DNA of 64,000 nt from Candidatus Micrarchaeota archaeon (GCA_046536795.1 JAWDMB010000002.1:40831-104830), one strand, 5' to 3'. Positions 45,147 to 54,844 are shown, numbered from the stretch's first letter. Notes: generated by a model not told the origin, from the letters alone. Translations and numbers: made by a program.

Positions 45147-45950
45147 TTGAAGAATGAAAGCTTGGAAGAAAAGAGGAAAAGGCTACTTGCTAAGGCAAAG
45201 GAAAGCGTGAGTACAGCATATGCTGGAGAGGAGCACAGCTTAATAGAAGCTATTAATACTTATCTTCAGCTTGAAAAGATTGAAAACCTTGTTTTCGAAA
45301 GATTAGAGGAGTGGTATAGTATATATTTTCCTGAGCTAAGGCTAAACAATCATGAAAGCTATGCAAAATTTGTAAAACAGTTTGGCTCAAATAAGAAAAA
45401 GGTGAGCGAAGGAGAGCTTATAAACCTGCTTGGCGATAAGAACAAAGCAAAAGAAATAGTAGCTACGATAGCAAAGAGCATAGGAAGAGAACCTAGCGAA
45501 GAAGAATATAAAAATATAGAAGCATTAGCAGATATTGTTATTGAACTTTCAGAGTTAAGAAAAGAGATAAGCTTATTTATAGACAAGGTAGCAAAGAAGT
45601 TAATGCCAAACATAACATATCTTATAGATACGAAGATTGCTGCTGAGCTCTTGAGCAAGGCTGGTTCATTAAACAAGCTCGCAATGATGCCCGCTAGCAC
45701 AATACAGCTGCTTGGTGCTGAAAAAGCGTTATTTAAGCATATAAAATATGGAAGCAAGCCCCCAAAATATGGTATACTTTTCAAACTTCAAGACGTTTCT
45801 AGCGCAGGAAGGAAAAAAGGAGGAAGGATTGCAAGAATATACGCAACAAAAATAAGTATAGCAGCAAAGGCAGATGCCTTCAGCAAGAGGTTCATTGCTG
45901 ATACTTTGAAAAAGAGTTTAGTCGATGCACTCAAGAAAAACTCTAGCTAA
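45147..45950 (+). CDS. nop5: Nop5/Nop56/58-family protein (NOSIC plus Nop domain), N-terminally short
   Basis: 267 aa with LEEWYSIYFPEL (start of NOSIC) at about residue 53 and the block LLGAEKALFKHIKYGSKPPKYGILF. TTG start. An in-frame stop at 45057-45059 lies 29 codons upstream, with no start codon between it and the TTG. Confidence 0.75.
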   Translation: MKNESLEEKRKRLLAKAKESVSTAYAGEEHSLIEAINTYLQLEKIENLVFERLEEWYSIYFPELRLNNHESYAKFVKQFGSNKKKVSEGELINLLGDKNKAKEIVATIAKSIGREPSEEEYKNIEALADIVIELSELRKEISLFIDKVAKKLMPNITYLIDTKIAAELLSKAGSLNKLAMMPASTIQLLGAEKALFKHIKYGSKPPKYGILFKLQDVSSAGRKKGGRIARIYATKISIAAKADAFSKRFIADTLKKSLVDALKKNSS

Positions 45951-45976
45951 TTTTTTAAATGCAAAATGCTCAAAGT

Positions 45977-47377
45977 CTATGATTTGTAACCGAAGCCCAA
46001 TTCCTTAATAACAAATTCCATCACTTCCTTCTTCTGCTCCTCTTTTCTCAATTTTATACTAACAGCGTTTTTATGACCACCCGCAGATTCAACGACCGAA
46101 AAAGCTGCCTTAACTTTTTTAGTTAATGAAAGTAGATCTACTGTAAGGCCCTTACTTAGCCTTATAGAGATAAAAGAAGAGAAGTGGAGCATAACTATGC
46201 ATTGCTTGCCGTTTAAAGATTCAATCCTTGATAATAGCTTAGAAGCGAATCTGCCTGGAAGAGGATATCTAAGCTCTTCACTCCTTACGTTCTTGAAATC
46301 GAGGAGATATAAATTAAATTCATTCCCTTTATATACCTTAAGTGCATTAACAGCGAGATCGAGCGCTTCGCTAAGATGAAGCCTTGCATAGCTAAGGAGT
46401 TCTCTTTTTCTTTCCTCGCTTGAGAGAATTGATTCTATATCAGATGGTGTAAGGTTCTTTGAACCTATTATCTTTGTGTCACTTGTTATAAGCTCAAGAA
46501 GTTCAGAAAGCTCCTTTCCTTCTTCACTTGCAAATCTGCTATAATCACCTATAAGAGACGCACCACTAATTTCTTTTGCTTCATTAATATTTGAATATAA
46601 TCTTGAAAATGTACATGCAAGAAGGCCTGCGGTATAATCAGAGTCTCCACCAAAAAGCCATGGATTTATATAATGCTCTAGCTCGAGACCTTTGAACCCT
46701 TCAACAATTGGATGGTGGTCAAGCCATATAATATCAAATTTATCCTTAGATAGTTCTATGCCGGCGTTGCTCTCCAGAGAAGTGCCAAAATCTATCATCA
46801 AAAGCAGTGGCTTTGAAAGGCTCGAAAAATTGTTTGCAAATGAGATATCTGAGCTTGCATCCTCGCTTGAATAAGCGATGCTTCTCTGCATACGCCACGC
46901 TGTTCTGCTTTCAAATTCAAAGCCAAGATTCTTTATAGACTTGTATATGCAATAAGCCCCAGAAGAACCATCAGAATCATTATGAAATCTTATTATAATA
47001 GGAGAGCCGAGCAAAAGCTTAGATAAAAAAAGAACAACAGAGCTTTTTAGCTTATTTAGCATGCGCTTGTTTATCGCTTCGATATCACTTATCTCACTTT
47101 TTGGTTCATACTTTGCTAATGACTCTGAAACACTTAAAACCTTTTTATATAAATCACTTGTATTCCCCTTTTCTACTTTGCTCAGCATGTGCCCTGGCAG
47201 TATTCCGGCATTAAGCGCTTGCATCTGCTCATCATTATTCATCTCAAGTGCATCGCCAAGGTTTAGTAGGAAATCGCTTTTACACACTATGAGCTTAGAA
47301 GCATCTTCACTAAGCAAATAATATAGGCTATCCTTCATGCTTGCCGCATGCTTTATTGAAGAGACAATAAACTTCAT
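45977..47377 (-). CDS. DHH-family phosphoesterase (archaeal RecJ/Cdc45-like)
   Basis: 466 aa with the motifs IIRFHNDSDGSSGAY and IWLDHHPI (DHH), plus a C-terminal DHHA1-like GGHKNA. Confidence 0.7.
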   Translation of the reverse strand: MKFIVSSIKHAASMKDSLYYLLSEDASKLIVCKSDFLLNLGDALEMNNDEQMQALNAGILPGHMLSKVEKGNTSDLYKKVLSVSESLAKYEPKSEISDIEAINKRMLNKLKSSVVLFLSKLLLGSPIIIRFHNDSDGSSGAYCIYKSIKNLGFEFESRTAWRMQRSIAYSSEDASSDISFANNFSSLSKPLLLMIDFGTSLESNAGIELSKDKFDIIWLDHHPIVEGFKGLELEHYINPWLFGGDSDYTAGLLACTFSRLYSNINEAKEISGASLIGDYSRFASEEGKELSELLELITSDTKIIGSKNLTPSDIESILSSEERKRELLSYARLHLSEALDLAVNALKVYKGNEFNLYLLDFKNVRSEELRYPLPGRFASKLLSRIESLNGKQCIVMLHFSSFISIRLSKGLTVDLLSLTKKVKAAFSVVESAGGHKNAVSIKLRKEEQKKEVMEFVIKELGFGYKS

Positions 47378-47386
47378 AGAATCAGC

Positions 47387-48445
47387 TCAGCTTGTTAAGT
47401 TATATGTTGCGCTAAGAATACATGCATTGTTTACTGTGGCATTCGTTATGTAACCACAGTAAGATATATTTTTGTATGTGCGTGCAAGTGTGGTGAAGCA
47501 TTGCCAAGAGGCTGTCTGGTTAAGGGCTTTGCATATGCTTATGTTTTTATTTGAAACAGCTTCAGATATTAGGACAAGCGTTCTGCATGTGTCTGCAAAA
47601 TTTCCGGCACTAGAACAAGCCTGAAGAAGAGAGGTATAATTTACCTCGTTGCTTGACTGCACTGGCGAGACAAGCTCAGAGCATGTACCTTGCATAATAC
47701 TATTGTTAAACATAGAGCAGTAGCTCTTATTCCCAAGCTCCTGAGCTACAGAAAGTATGCACAGATCTCTTGCTGTTATATTGTAATTAAGCATAGATGA
47801 AAATATCCCCAGTACGGTGCTATTTGGCTTTTCCTTAGAATACAAGAGTATATTGCCGATAAATGTCTTGTTTGCGCTTGCAGATACATTATAGCAATAG
47901 GATATATCTTTGTAGTATATTGCTCTTGAAAGGCTTACCGATGAAAAACATAAGCTCATATTCGACCCTACAAGTTCACACCCGCTTAGATTCTGCGAAT
48001 TTAAGGCACCAAAGAATGCACAGGTTTGCTTATCTTCATAAGGCAGTAGATTGCACAAGGATATATTACCTGTTTTGTTTACAAAATATTCTATACATGA
48101 TGCGCCAATAGGCTCATATGCAGAAATTGCATACTTGCAAATACTTGCGTTACTAAGCTTATATGCAACTGATTGGTAGCATGAAGCGGCATAAGAGCCG
48201 TTTAGATAAGAGCATATAGAGGCATTGCCTGTAGAGTAAGCAAGGTTTGAAAAGCAAGAAACTCTATTACTGTATATTATAACGTTTTTGCATTGCTGTA
48301 TAGGATTAGTATATACATAAAACGTTGATATTATAGCAAGTATTATTATGAAAGCAACTATAGAAAGATAAATAAGAAATCTTTCCCTTCTCGATTGATC
48401 TTCATTTAATTCCTTTTTTACCTTACCTGCATCTTTCTTATACAT
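47387..48445 (-). CDS. Membrane-anchored extracytoplasmic Cys-rich repeat protein
   Basis: 352 aa with an N-terminal TM helix (LIYLSIVAFIIILAIISTFYV). After it come about 10 repeats of roughly 25 aa with the pattern C-x(9-13)-C-x(10-15)-N-x-S-x-C. Confidence 0.6.
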   Translation of the reverse strand: MYKKDAGKVKKELNEDQSRRERFLIYLSIVAFIIILAIISTFYVYTNPIQQCKNVIIYSNRVSCFSNLAYSTGNASICSYLNGSYAASCYQSVAYKLSNASICKYAISAYEPIGASCIEYFVNKTGNISLCNLLPYEDKQTCAFFGALNSQNLSGCELVGSNMSLCFSSVSLSRAIYYKDISYCYNVSASANKTFIGNILLYSKEKPNSTVLGIFSSMLNYNITARDLCILSVAQELGNKSYCSMFNNSIMQGTCSELVSPVQSSNEVNYTSLLQACSSAGNFADTCRTLVLISEAVSNKNISICKALNQTASWQCFTTLARTYKNISYCGYITNATVNNACILSATYNLTS

Positions 48446-48454
48446 TTCACTTCC

Positions 48455-49189
48455 TCAATATCTAAACGTCTGTTGCTCCTCAGCCGCATACACCTTAAAA
48501 CCTTTCGGGGTTATCTCATAAGGAGCTGTTACGAAACTGTGGTTATTGCCACGCATCTTTATTACTTCCATAGCAAGCTTTCTCTTTTCTTCTTCACCCA
48601 CCTGGTACATTATTATTATACCATCGAAAATAAAGAATTCAGACTTAAATTCTAGCTTTGCACGCTCAGGCGAGTTTAGTTCGGCTGTTAGTATAGAGGT
48701 AACACCCATTCGCCTCAAATTGCTAACAAGGGCAAGCATAGATCTTCTATAAGTTAAAGGATCACTTACTAGAAGGTCTAACAATGAGATAGAGTCAATA
48801 ACCACTCGCGTCGCTTTAGCAGATGAGATTATTGCCTCTATATCAGATATAATTCTACCAAACTCATAGTTTGTAGAGCCCTCTGCCTGCTGCAGATGCG
48901 ATGCGGGATCCTCGCTATTTATAGTTAGCAAGCCCTTATCGATCAGTTCATCTATATCATCAAACGTTGAAAATGCAGATTTAGCATTCTCTATAATCTT
49001 GTTTGCTGTTTCTTCGAGTGCAAAAAAAACGCCAGGATTGCCCATCTTTGCGTTCTTGTAAAGAAATTCAAAGGAAAGAAGCGTTTTGCCTGCACCAGGT
49101 CCGCCTGCTACAACAATCTGATTTAATTCAGGTATACCTCCATAGAGTAGTGCATCAAGCCCATCAATACCTGTCTTAACCAAGTTCAT
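48455..49189 (-). CDS. KaiC-like / RadA-paralog RecA-superfamily ATPase
   Basis: 244 aa with N-terminus TGIDGLDALLYGGIPELNQIVVAGGPGAGKT (Walker A) and a Walker B-type VVIDSIS. Confidence 0.8.
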   Translation of the reverse strand: MNLVKTGIDGLDALLYGGIPELNQIVVAGGPGAGKTLLSFEFLYKNAKMGNPGVFFALEETANKIIENAKSAFSTFDDIDELIDKGLLTINSEDPASHLQQAEGSTNYEFGRIISDIEAIISSAKATRVVIDSISLLDLLVSDPLTYRRSMLALVSNLRRMGVTSILTAELNSPERAKLEFKSEFFIFDGIIIMYQVGEEEKRKLAMEVIKMRGNNHSFVTAPYEITPKGFKVYAAEEQQTFRY

Positions 49190-49263
49190 GCGAGCACCGA
49201 TATAGCAATATGATTAAAAAATATTTAAACTTATTTAGTTATACTTATCAGATTGCTGATATC

Positions 49264-49890
49264 ATGAGAAAAAAGATTATTTACATTGGCATACTATTAA
49301 TCATTGCTAGCCTCGCTCTTGCTTATCAGGGCGCCTCTGCCCTTTTTCAGATACCGGCATATTATAGCACAAGAGCGGTAATCTCGCCTAATGTAACAGC
49401 TAGCTCGCCGTTTACATATAATGAAAGTGCTTACATTACGCTCGTCTTTAATTCAACATCGCCAATCAACTTTTATGTTGTAAATGAAAGTGCATACGCC
49501 CAAATTAAAAACCTTAGACTTAATATAAGCAACATAGAACAGATAAGGGGCATTAGCGAAATAAAGTTAAATACTTATAATGGAATTTTTAGCAACCTAA
49601 TAGCACTTAACGAGAATAGTGCCATTCTATACAATATTTCAAATCTTAAAAATGGTACATACTATGCGCTATTTGAAAACGCGGGCAATAAAACGGCCAA
49701 CCTAACAATCTTATATGTCTTCCAAAAGAAGAGCTCATCATTTAACGCTATTTTTGGCTATGGCGGCGTTTCGGCTGTTTTGCTTATATTGGGCACCATA
49801 CTTATAATTTATGGCTTTATCCTAAAAAGCGGGAGCAAGGGAAAAGAAGAAGTAAAAGGAGATAAAAGAAGGAAAAAGGGTAATAAATAA
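49264..49890 (+). CDS. Bitopic sequon-rich membrane protein, hypothetical
   Basis: 208 aa from the ATG at 49264, with N- and C-terminal TM helices, many N-x-S/T sites and a Lys-rich tail. Confidence 0.45.
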   Translation: MRKKIIYIGILLIIASLALAYQGASALFQIPAYYSTRAVISPNVTASSPFTYNESAYITLVFNSTSPINFYVVNESAYAQIKNLRLNISNIEQIRGISEIKLNTYNGIFSNLIALNENSAILYNISNLKNGTYYALFENAGNKTANLTILYVFQKKSSSFNAIFGYGGVSAVLLILGTILIIYGFILKSGSKGKEEVKGDKRRKKGNK

Positions 49891-49953
49891 TTGTCTAATT
49901 TGATTTCGACGAAAAGTTTATTAATTATAAATGCAAAAATAAAAACAAGTGAT

Positions 49954-50649
49954 ATGATGGACGAGCTTCAAGAGAGGATTGCAGGCGAGATTGCATTATC
50001 TGATAGTCCCGGAAGCACTATGAAGAAGTGGAGGGAGCTTTTTGGAATATCGCAAGTAGAGCTTGCAAAATATCTTAAGATTTCGACATCCACTATAAGC
50101 GATTATGAAGGCAACAGAAGGATGAGCCCAGGCGTTGGCGTAATAAAAAGATTTGTAAGCGCGATATTTGAAATAGACAGACAGCATGGCGGCGAGGTTA
50201 TAAGAAACCTTGCAAAGTTTGGCTCTAGTGATAACAAAGAAGTGCCTTATTATTTCCTAAAGGACTTTACCGCTCCAATAGATGGTGTTGATTTTGCAAG
50301 GCTTATAGAAGCTAAGATTATAGCAAATCCAAGCACGCTCGATACAGCAAAGCTCTTCGGCTATACGCTTCTTGACAGCCTTCGAGTTATACTAGAGATA
50401 TCACCAAGCGAGTATCCAAAGCTGTTTGGTACAACAACAGAGAGGGCTTTTATCTTTGACCAAGTGAGCACAGGAAGATCACCCATGGTTGTTGTAAGAG
50501 TAGCACCAATAAAGCCAAGGGTAGTCGTGATAAGGGGCTTAGAAGATATAGACAAGCTGGCTATAAAGATAGCACAGGTTGAAAAAATACCGCTACTTGC
50601 AACAAAGCTTAGCGTTGACGAGATAAAGACAAGGCTTGATAAAATATAA
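49954..50649 (+). CDS. XRE-type HTH regulator with a C-terminal domain (COG1395-like)
   Basis: 231 aa from the ATG at 49954, with the HTH segment WRELFGISQVELAKYLKISTSTISDYEGNRR. Confidence 0.65.
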   Translation: MMDELQERIAGEIALSDSPGSTMKKWRELFGISQVELAKYLKISTSTISDYEGNRRMSPGVGVIKRFVSAIFEIDRQHGGEVIRNLAKFGSSDNKEVPYYFLKDFTAPIDGVDFARLIEAKIIANPSTLDTAKLFGYTLLDSLRVILEISPSEYPKLFGTTTERAFIFDQVSTGRSPMVVVRVAPIKPRVVVIRGLEDIDKLAIKIAQVEKIPLLATKLSVDEIKTRLDKI

Positions 50650-50692
50650 AGCATGCAACACTATTTATAATTTGAATTTGAAAAAGAGTATT

Positions 50693-52804
50693 ATGCAGAT
50701 TTCTGACCTAAAGGGCATTGCCACAAACGAGTTTTTAGATTCATGCAAAGAGCGTGGAATCAACGAGCTTACGCCACCCCAGGAGCTTGCTGTAAAGGCA
50801 GGGGTTCTTGAAAATAAGAACGTAGTTGTTGCTAGTCCAACAGCTAGCGGAAAAACGCTTATAGCTGAGATGGCTATAATAAACAGTGTTATAAGGCATA
50901 GCAAAAAAGCTGTTTACGTTGCGCCGCTCAGAGCGCTTGTAAGCGAGAAATATGAAGAATTCAAAAGTGCTTATCCGTATCTTAAAATTGCAATCTCAAT
51001 AGGCGACCTCGACTCTCTAGATATGTGGCTTGAAAAATATGATATAATCTTTGTTTCAACAGAAAAGCTCGATAGCTTGATAAGGCATGGCGCGAGCTGG
51101 ATAAATGATGTGGGTTGCTTTGTATTCGATGAAATCCACATGATAGGTGATGCAAGCAGAGGGTCTGTACTAGAAATATTAATAACAAGGTTAAAACGCG
51201 CAGTTCCAAATGCACAAATAGTAGCTTTGAGCGCAACCATAGGCAACGCTAAGGAAATTGCAGAATGGCTTGGTGCAAGGCTTGTAGAAAGTAATTATAG
51301 ACCTGTAGAGCTCAAAAAAGGGATTGTGCTTGATGGCAAAATATATTATAGGGATGAGGAAGAGGAGCTTTTAGGCAATAGCAAAATTCCAGAGGTAAGG
51401 ATTGTAGAAGACACATTGGAAAGAGGAAAGCAGCTCATACTGTTTTATTCTACAAAGAGGAATGCAGAAGCTGGAGCAGAAAGGCTTGCAAGGATTGTAG
51501 AGAGATATATAAAGGAAAACGAGAAAAAGGAGCTAAGCGAAATAGCGAAAAAGGCTAAGAGTGTTCTTGGCAGGCCGACAAGCCAATGCGAGAAGCTTGC
51601 AAAAAGTATCGAAAGTGGCGTTGCTTTCCACCACAGCGGCCTTGTTAATGAGCAAAGAAAAATTGTTGAAGACTCCTTTAGAAATGGCTTGATAAAAGTG
51701 GTTTGCTCTACAACAACATTATCACTTGGTATAAACATGCCTGCACATACTGTAGTTGTCAGAGATACGAGCAGATATAGCGAAATAGAAGGTGGCGAAA
51801 AATTAAGTGTAAATGAGGTTACACAACTCTTTGGAAGAGCCGGAAGGCCGAAATATGACAAAGAGGGAAGGGCTCTGCTTATAGCTAAATCGAAGGCAGA
51901 AATATTAGATTTATATATGCGCTATATAGATGCTGAGCTTGAACCGGTCAATTCAACGCTTGGGATGCTTCCAATATTAAGAACGCATGTCCTTGCCTTT
52001 ATAGCAACAGAATTCTTAAGAAGCAAAGAGGCTATTACAGATTTCTTTGGCGACAGTTTCTACGGTTACCAATATGGAAGCATGAAGGAAATAAGCGATA
52101 TTATAGATGAAATTATAAACGAGCTTTCGGATTGGAAATTTATTGAAAAGAGGGGAAGCCTTTACAATGCTACAAAAATAGGCAAAAGAGTAAGCGAGCT
52201 TTATATAGATCCGCTCTCAGCCAAATGGATTGTTGATACACTTCCAAAGAAGAGAGACACTATTGGAAATCTCTTCATGATAACTAACAGTATAGAAATG
52301 AGACCATATGTCAAGGTTGTAGAGGATGCAGAAGAAGGTTTCTTTAGATATAGGGAATTTATAGATGAATGGCTTGAGGGTGAGATGAGCGAATTCATGC
52401 TTTATGATCCATTAAAGGCACTTAGCACAGCTTATATGTTAAATGATTGGATAAATGAAAAGAGCGAACAGGATATTATAGAAAAATATTCGACAACACC
52501 TGGCGCACTCTATACAAAACTGACTAATGCGGATTGGCTTATATATGCGGCATCTGAACTTGCAAAGATAATGCACATTCCAAACATAGACTTAATCACT
52601 CTCAGGCTCAGGCTAAAGTATGGCATAAAGGAGGAGCTGCTAGACCTTGTAAGGCTTGAACAGGTTGGAAGAGTAAGGGCAAGACTTATGTATAATAATG
52701 GCATAAAGAGCGTTGCTGACTTGAAGAAAGAAGGGGCTTCAAGAATTGTTGAAAAGCTCTTTGGAAAGGAGATAGCTGAAAAAATAATGTCGCAAGTGGT
52801 ATAG
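50693..52804 (+). CDS. hel308: Hel308 / Ski2-like DNA helicase
   Basis: 703 aa from the ATG at 50693, with the motifs ASPTASGKT (I), FDEIH (II), SAT (III) and QLFGRAGRP (VI), plus C-terminal winged-helix, ratchet and HhH domains. Confidence 0.92.
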   Translation: MQISDLKGIATNEFLDSCKERGINELTPPQELAVKAGVLENKNVVVASPTASGKTLIAEMAIINSVIRHSKKAVYVAPLRALVSEKYEEFKSAYPYLKIAISIGDLDSLDMWLEKYDIIFVSTEKLDSLIRHGASWINDVGCFVFDEIHMIGDASRGSVLEILITRLKRAVPNAQIVALSATIGNAKEIAEWLGARLVESNYRPVELKKGIVLDGKIYYRDEEEELLGNSKIPEVRIVEDTLERGKQLILFYSTKRNAEAGAERLARIVERYIKENEKKELSEIAKKAKSVLGRPTSQCEKLAKSIESGVAFHHSGLVNEQRKIVEDSFRNGLIKVVCSTTTLSLGINMPAHTVVVRDTSRYSEIEGGEKLSVNEVTQLFGRAGRPKYDKEGRALLIAKSKAEILDLYMRYIDAELEPVNSTLGMLPILRTHVLAFIATEFLRSKEAITDFFGDSFYGYQYGSMKEISDIIDEIINELSDWKFIEKRGSLYNATKIGKRVSELYIDPLSAKWIVDTLPKKRDTIGNLFMITNSIEMRPYVKVVEDAEEGFFRYREFIDEWLEGEMSEFMLYDPLKALSTAYMLNDWINEKSEQDIIEKYSTTPGALYTKLTNADWLIYAASELAKIMHIPNIDLITLRLRLKYGIKEELLDLVRLEQVGRVRARLMYNNGIKSVADLKKEGASRIVEKLFGKEIAEKIMSQVV

Positions 52805-52965
52805 CAGCGAGCAACTTCCATAAGCTTATATTATCCCCATAAGCTGATATCCCCACAATAAATTCATGAGCTTTCTGCTATGCATTCTGCAAAAATAAAG
52901 AAAAAGAATATAAAAGTTAACCTTCATATGTTATATGACCGTTTATACGGCGACCGGTGATATGA

Positions 52966-53337
52966 ATGGGAATTTTTGATAAACTTGGCCAAGCATTTGG
53001 AGCATCAAAGGAGATAAACATAGAAGAATACATGGGCTCAGCTGAGATGGAAGATGTCGATATTCTTAATGAGCCTGCTGACATGTACGTGAAGCCAGTA
53101 GCGATCACAGGAGAAGATGATGTGAAGCTCATAGAGGGTGAGCTTGATAAGAAGAATATAATCCTTCTAAACATGGAAGAGATAAACAAAAGACCAAATA
53201 CTAGAAACGCCATACTCGCTGAGCTTAAAAAGTATGTGGAGAAAATAAATGGGGATATTGCGGCAATCGATGCCACTAGGGTGCTTGTTACACCTGCCAA
53301 GGTAAAGATAATAAAGAGAAAGAAGGAGAATAAGTAA
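52966..53337 (+). CDS. sepF: Cell division protein SepF (DUF552)
   Basis: 123 aa. It has a short N-terminal amphipathic segment MGIFDKLGQAFG. The core is ADMYVKPVAITGEDDVKLIEGELDKKNIILLNMEE...GDIAAIDATRVLVTP. Confidence 0.75.
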   Translation: MGIFDKLGQAFGASKEINIEEYMGSAEMEDVDILNEPADMYVKPVAITGEDDVKLIEGELDKKNIILLNMEEINKRPNTRNAILAELKKYVEKINGDIAAIDATRVLVTPAKVKIIKRKKENK

Positions 53338-54012
53338 TTATTTAAGAGCAATTATCAGAGATCTAAGCTCATGCATAGTGGGTTCTGCTCTATTAATTAC
53401 TTTTTTGAATGTTTTTATTACTTCTTCTTTTTCTCTTATCTCTTTCTTGTTATATATTCTCTTTCTTATTATTTCAAAAAGGGCTTCCTTCTCCCTATAA
53501 TACTCTTTGTCATGTAAGATCTTTTCTTTGAAAAGATGGGAGCGGAAAGAGTAAAGCAGTATAGCAACTGCCGCAGATATATTTAGCACAGGATATTCTT
53601 TGTTTGTAGGTATATAAGCAATTGCATCACACATTTCAAGCTCCTCGCTCGTTAGTCCTATATCATCTCTACCTATAATAAGACAGATCTTTGAATTTTT
53701 GAAACGCTCTGCTAACTCGTCAACATAATACACTTTCCTAAGCCTAGGATTAGCTTTTTTGATAAGACCCGTTGTGCCTATAACTACATCGCAGCCATTT
53801 ATTGCACTCGTAAGGTCATTGTATATTGCCGCATTCTCAAGCAGATTATGCGCATGCTTCGAAAACATTATTGCCTTTTTTCCAACTATGTTCGCCCTCG
53901 GCTTCACTATATGCAATTTTTCTATCCCAAAATTCTTAGCTATTCTTGCAATATAGCCCACATTCATTTGGTATTTTGGGCTTACAATGACAAGCTTTAG
54001 CATCAAATACAC
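53338..54012 (-). CDS. SpoU/TrmH-class RNA 2'-O-methyltransferase (TrmJ-like)
   Basis: 224 aa with the blocks NVGYIARIAKNFG, IIGRDDIGLTSEEL and NISAAVAILLY, typical of SPOUT methyltransferases. Confidence 0.75.
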   Translation of the reverse strand: MYLMLKLVIVSPKYQMNVGYIARIAKNFGIEKLHIVKPRANIVGKKAIMFSKHAHNLLENAAIYNDLTSAINGCDVVIGTTGLIKKANPRLRKVYYVDELAERFKNSKICLIIGRDDIGLTSEELEMCDAIAYIPTNKEYPVLNISAAVAILLYSFRSHLFKEKILHDKEYYREKEALFEIIRKRIYNKKEIREKEEVIKTFKKVINRAEPTMHELRSLIIALK

Positions 54013-54674
54013 CCAAGCACAGCAATTAAATTAATCAGTACATGTGCAAGTAGTGTTGGATATATAGAATTTGTTTTCTTAAAGATATAGCCTGCAATCA
54101 GGCCGAAGATAAAAGCTGCGATAATATCTATTCCGAAAGTAGAGCCATAGCCCGCATGAAGTATTGCAAAAAGTAATGCACTTGATATTATGCCGATTCT
54201 CTTCACAAGAAAGCCCCTAAAGAATAGCTCCTCGTTTATGGGTCCAATAAGTACAACAAAAAGAATAAACCACAATGGCATGCCCGTTACTACGGTGCAT
54301 GCGTTTGTCTCTATGTTTAATTTAAAATTTACACTCATTACCGTTATAATAAGCTCCATAACAAAGATGGCTAGAAATAGCAAGATGCCTATACCCAAAA
54401 TACGCATCGTTTTTAGCCTTTGCGTAACTCCGAGATCAACAAAAGCTTCATTTAAACTCTTTCCAGAATGAGCTAGATATGCAAACGCAAGTGCTGGAAG
54501 AAGAAATGAGAACGCAACTGTTGTTGATATATCTGCTACATTTATTGTTATGTATGAGTAGAAGTAAAGTATAAGCAATAGTATAAAAGAAAATAGTAGT
54601 ATGTAGAAAAGAGAATAAGAGATTGCTTTGAACTTGCTGCTATTGCCTTTAATTTTTCTATTCTTCTTCGTCAT
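54003..54674 (-). CDS. CPBP-family intramembrane metalloprotease (CAAX protease/Abi)
   Basis: Contains the motifs EELFFRGF and FAILHA. The start is placed at the ATG at 54674, because the longer ORF overlaps the S27ae gene out of frame. Confidence 0.75.
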   Translation of the reverse strand: MTKKNRKIKGNSSKFKAISYSLFYILLFSFILLLILYFYSYITINVADISTTVAFSFLLPALAFAYLAHSGKSLNEAFVDLGVTQRLKTMRILGIGILLFLAIFVMELIITVMSVNFKLNIETNACTVVTGMPLWFILFVVLIGPINEELFFRGFLVKRIGIISSALLFAILHAGYGSTFGIDIIAAFIFGLIAGYIFKKTNSIYPTLLAHVLINLIAVLGCI

Positions 54675-54840
54675 TCTTTCCAGTAGAATCAGCCTCTTTT
54701 TTTGCCCTCTTCCATTCCGTATAACCGCACTTGCCACATGTGTATCTGTCTTCATGCTCTGCCATCCTTGAACCGCATTTTGGGCATAGCTTAGGTGGCT
54801 TATAAGGCTTAAACTCTTTCTTCTTTTTTTCTTCGGCCAT
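54658..54840 (-). CDS. rps27ae: 30S ribosomal protein S27ae (eS31)
   Basis: 60 aa from the ATG at 54840, with the zinc ribbon CPKCGSRM...CGKCGYTE. It follows S24e as in other archaea. Confidence 0.88.
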   Translation of the reverse strand: MAEEKKKKEFKPYKPPKLCPKCGSRMAEHEDRYTCGKCGYTEWKRAKKEADSTGKNDEEE

Positions 54841-54844
54841 AACA

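Noticed and set aside
52917-53351. 144-aa minus-strand hydrophobic ORF overlapping sepF
   Set aside because: The plus-strand product matches the SepF/DUF552 pattern and has a sensible start. The minus-strand ORF is an antisense artefact.
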